6,958 nt of DNA from a virus (taxonomy: Duplodnaviria; Heunggongvirae; Uroviricota; Caudoviricetes): IMG/VR virus record IMGVR_UViG_2554235127_000007, one strand, 5' to 3'. Of the stretch, positions 5,649 to 6,958 are shown in pieces (position 1 is the first letter of the stretch; each line of letters starts with the position of its first letter). The translations under genes were made by a program, and so were the position numbers. The notes beneath the pieces are model-generated. The model saw only the letters and a program-made list of their open reading frames with translations. It was not told where the DNA came from and ran no database searches.

Positions 5649-6325
5649 TAGAATCCAAGCCCCCCAACAAGACCAATAAGCCCACCACCAATAGCCCCGG
5701 CGACATTACCTATACCCGGAACAACGGAACCAAGTTGCGCACCCGCTAAAGCGCCTGATGCCGCCCCACCAATACCACGCGCAAGACTGGATGGCTGCTG
5801 CGCCTGACCTGCACGAATAGCGCCAAGCCCCTGCAAGAGTTGCCCGGTATTATTGGCGTAGTTTTGCCCTGCTGTTGCCTGCCCTGATGCCGCATTCATC
5901 CCGACATTTAGCAGGTTTCCATAATTTTGCATTTGCCCACTAAGCCAATTGTTATAAAGCATGGGCGCAATGGAAGATAACTGGTTACTGGTAGCTGTTG
6001 AGCCAAGCCCCCCGGTAGCTTCTGCTGAGACAAGGTTCTGATAACGGGCCTGATCTGCCTGTGTTTTATATAAACCAGAACCAAAGAAATCATTCGCGGC
6101 TTTATTCTGCCCTTCCAGAGTCATCAGTCCTTGTAGTTGTTGTAAAGCAGGCAATCCGACTTCTGCATACGGCTTGAGATTATTCATCACCGTATTCCAC
6201 TGCTCGCGCTGCAAATCAATTGCCTGCTGCTGGGCCTTCGCCTGAGCTTTAGAGGCACCACCATCACCGCCTTTTTCGTATACGGCACGATTGAGATGTT
6301 TATGAGCTATATGGGTAATTAACAT
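5648..6325 (-). CDS. Ejection (internal virion) protein, P22 gp7-like, 225 aa, with a C-terminal glycine-zipper hydrophobic tail
   Basis: ATG at 6325-6323 with an AAGGA Shine-Dalgarno upstream; the start overlaps the stop of the gp14-like gene (ATGTTAA). Size and position match P22 gp7 as I recall it. The C-terminal 40 or so residues GIGGAASGALAGAQLGSVVPGIGNVAGAIGGGLIGLVGGLGF form a GxxxG-rich hydrophobic segment. Confidence 0.88.
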   Translation of the reverse strand: MLITHIAHKHLNRAVYEKGGDGGASKAQAKAQQQAIDLQREQWNTVMNNLKPYAEVGLPALQQLQGLMTLEGQNKAANDFFGSGLYKTQADQARYQNLVSAEATGGLGSTATSNQLSSIAPMLYNNWLSGQMQNYGNLLNVGMNAASGQATAGQNYANNTGQLLQGLGAIRAGQAQQPSSLARGIGGAASGALAGAQLGSVVPGIGNVAGAIGGGLIGLVGGLGF

Positions 6326-6780
6326 TCGCTGAATTCCTTATATTGTTGCCGAGTTAACTGATAAAGCGTTACGCCGACGGGTTTACCACATCTGATATAA
6401 GCATCATCAAGGTGACCAACACGGGTAGCGCCAAGCAAACGGATAATTGCCCGTCCGTATTTGGTGGTGTCAGGAACCATGGTAATGCTGTTAAGGAATG
6501 GTGAGTTTTCGAGAAGCCATTTGCAGAATAATCGATGCCCTTGCAGTGCATATTCACCACGGAATCCGGGGTCGTACACCGCATGGCATTCAACAATGCT
6601 ATGCCAGAAGTTACGCACTTCATGAACGCCAGCCAGCACCAATCCTTCGTAGATACCGAGATATACCGCATCAGGCTTGATGTAGTACGTGTGCCCCGGC
6701 TCAACAATATTTTCGGTATTGCCAGGCTCGTTAAGAAAGGCCTGTAATCGCACAGGGTTATCAATAAATTTTAGTTCCAT
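6319..6780 (-). CDS. P22 gp14-like protein (153 aa), immediately upstream of the ejection-protein genes; function uncertain
   Basis: ATG at 6780-6778, stop TAA at 6321-6319 overlapping the next gene start. Its position directly before the gp7/gp20/gp16-like trio matches gene 14 in the P22 late operon (gene order 26-14-7-20-16 as I recall). The same-strand alternative frame 6369-6764 is rejected because this frame has the ATG start and the coupling to the downstream gene. Confidence 0.8.
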   Translation of the reverse strand: MELKFIDNPVRLQAFLNEPGNTENIVEPGHTYYIKPDAVYLGIYEGLVLAGVHEVRNFWHSIVECHAVYDPGFRGEYALQGHRLFCKWLLENSPFLNSITMVPDTTKYGRAIIRLLGATRVGHLDDAYIRCGKPVGVTLYQLTRQQYKEFSEC

Positions 6781-6796
6781 GCGATGCCATCCATTT

Positions 6797-6958
6797 TCAC
6801 ATACAGCCTGCCAGCGCCTTATCTATTAACCCTCGTGCAATTTCATGCAGAGTTGGCGCTACTCCAATTCCTGATTTTTTACGCTGCTCTTCCTGAATTT
6901 TCTTTATCGCTTCCATTTGCTTCTCACTTATCAATACCGGCTTTACTGAAATAGCCAT
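6797..6958 (-). CDS. Small ORF (53 aa if the ATG at the window edge is the true start), either a short helical or RHH-like protein or the C-terminal part of a longer tail-needle (gp26-like) gene extending beyond the window
   Basis: Reverse-complement reading from 6958 gives ATG...TGA (stop at 6799-6797): MAISVKPVLISEKQMEAIKKIQEEQRKKSGIGVAPTLHEIARGLIDKALAGCM. No in-frame stop lies upstream inside the window, so the true start cannot be fixed. Both window edges fall exactly on codon boundaries (stop at 1-3, ATG at 6956-6958), which suggests the window was cut at gene boundaries and that the 53-aa version is what was annotated. It lies 16 nt upstream of the gp14-like gene. Confidence 0.45.
   Translation of the reverse strand: MAISVKPVLISEKQMEAIKKIQEEQRKKSGIGVAPTLHEIARGLIDKALAGCM

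Noticed and set aside
2156-6747. Short ORFs inside or opposite the ejection-protein genes (2156-2377, 2432-2632, 3234-3554, 3317-3676, 4612-4824, 4994-5245, 5106-5519, 5258-5509, 5908-6093, 6369-6764, 6498-6680, 6535-6747)
   Set aside because: All are embedded in, or out of frame with, long translationally coupled minus-strand genes. Their translations are low-complexity or hydrophobic in the way typical of shadow frames in GC-balanced coding DNA.
1-6958. Search for tRNA, rRNA, CRISPR repeats, IS elements or integrase
   Set aside because: No cloverleaf-compatible segments, no regularly spaced short repeats with spacers, no transposase- or integrase-like ORF, and no terminal inverted repeats were seen.

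Overview
This window reads as a segment of a P22-like (Lederbergvirus-type) prophage from an enterobacterial genome, based on sequence reading only; no database search or structure prediction was possible. Family names come from remembered motifs and from gene order and size. The minus strand at 2122-6958 carries a tightly packed, translationally coupled late-operon block: a 53-aa small ORF, a 153-aa gp14-like protein, and three consecutive proteins of 225, 473 and 701 aa whose order and sizes match the P22 ejection (E) proteins gp7, gp20 and gp16. Downstream of the gp16-like gene, where P22 carries sieA and the immI region, lies a more AT-rich accessory island (1-2120). It holds a Mnt/Arc-type ribbon-helix-helix (RHH) regulator with a C-terminal extension, an XhlA-like coiled-coil membrane protein, about 470 bp of apparently non-coding DNA with four copies of a GC-rich motif, a signal-peptide protein, and a divergent PerC-family-like regulator gene. 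Tandem 10-bp operator-like repeats sit just upstream of the RHH gene. The accessory island is the best candidate for an undescribed superinfection-exclusion or defence module, and this is a hypothesis from position and architecture, not a demonstrated function. No tRNA, rRNA, CRISPR array, transposase or integrase was seen.
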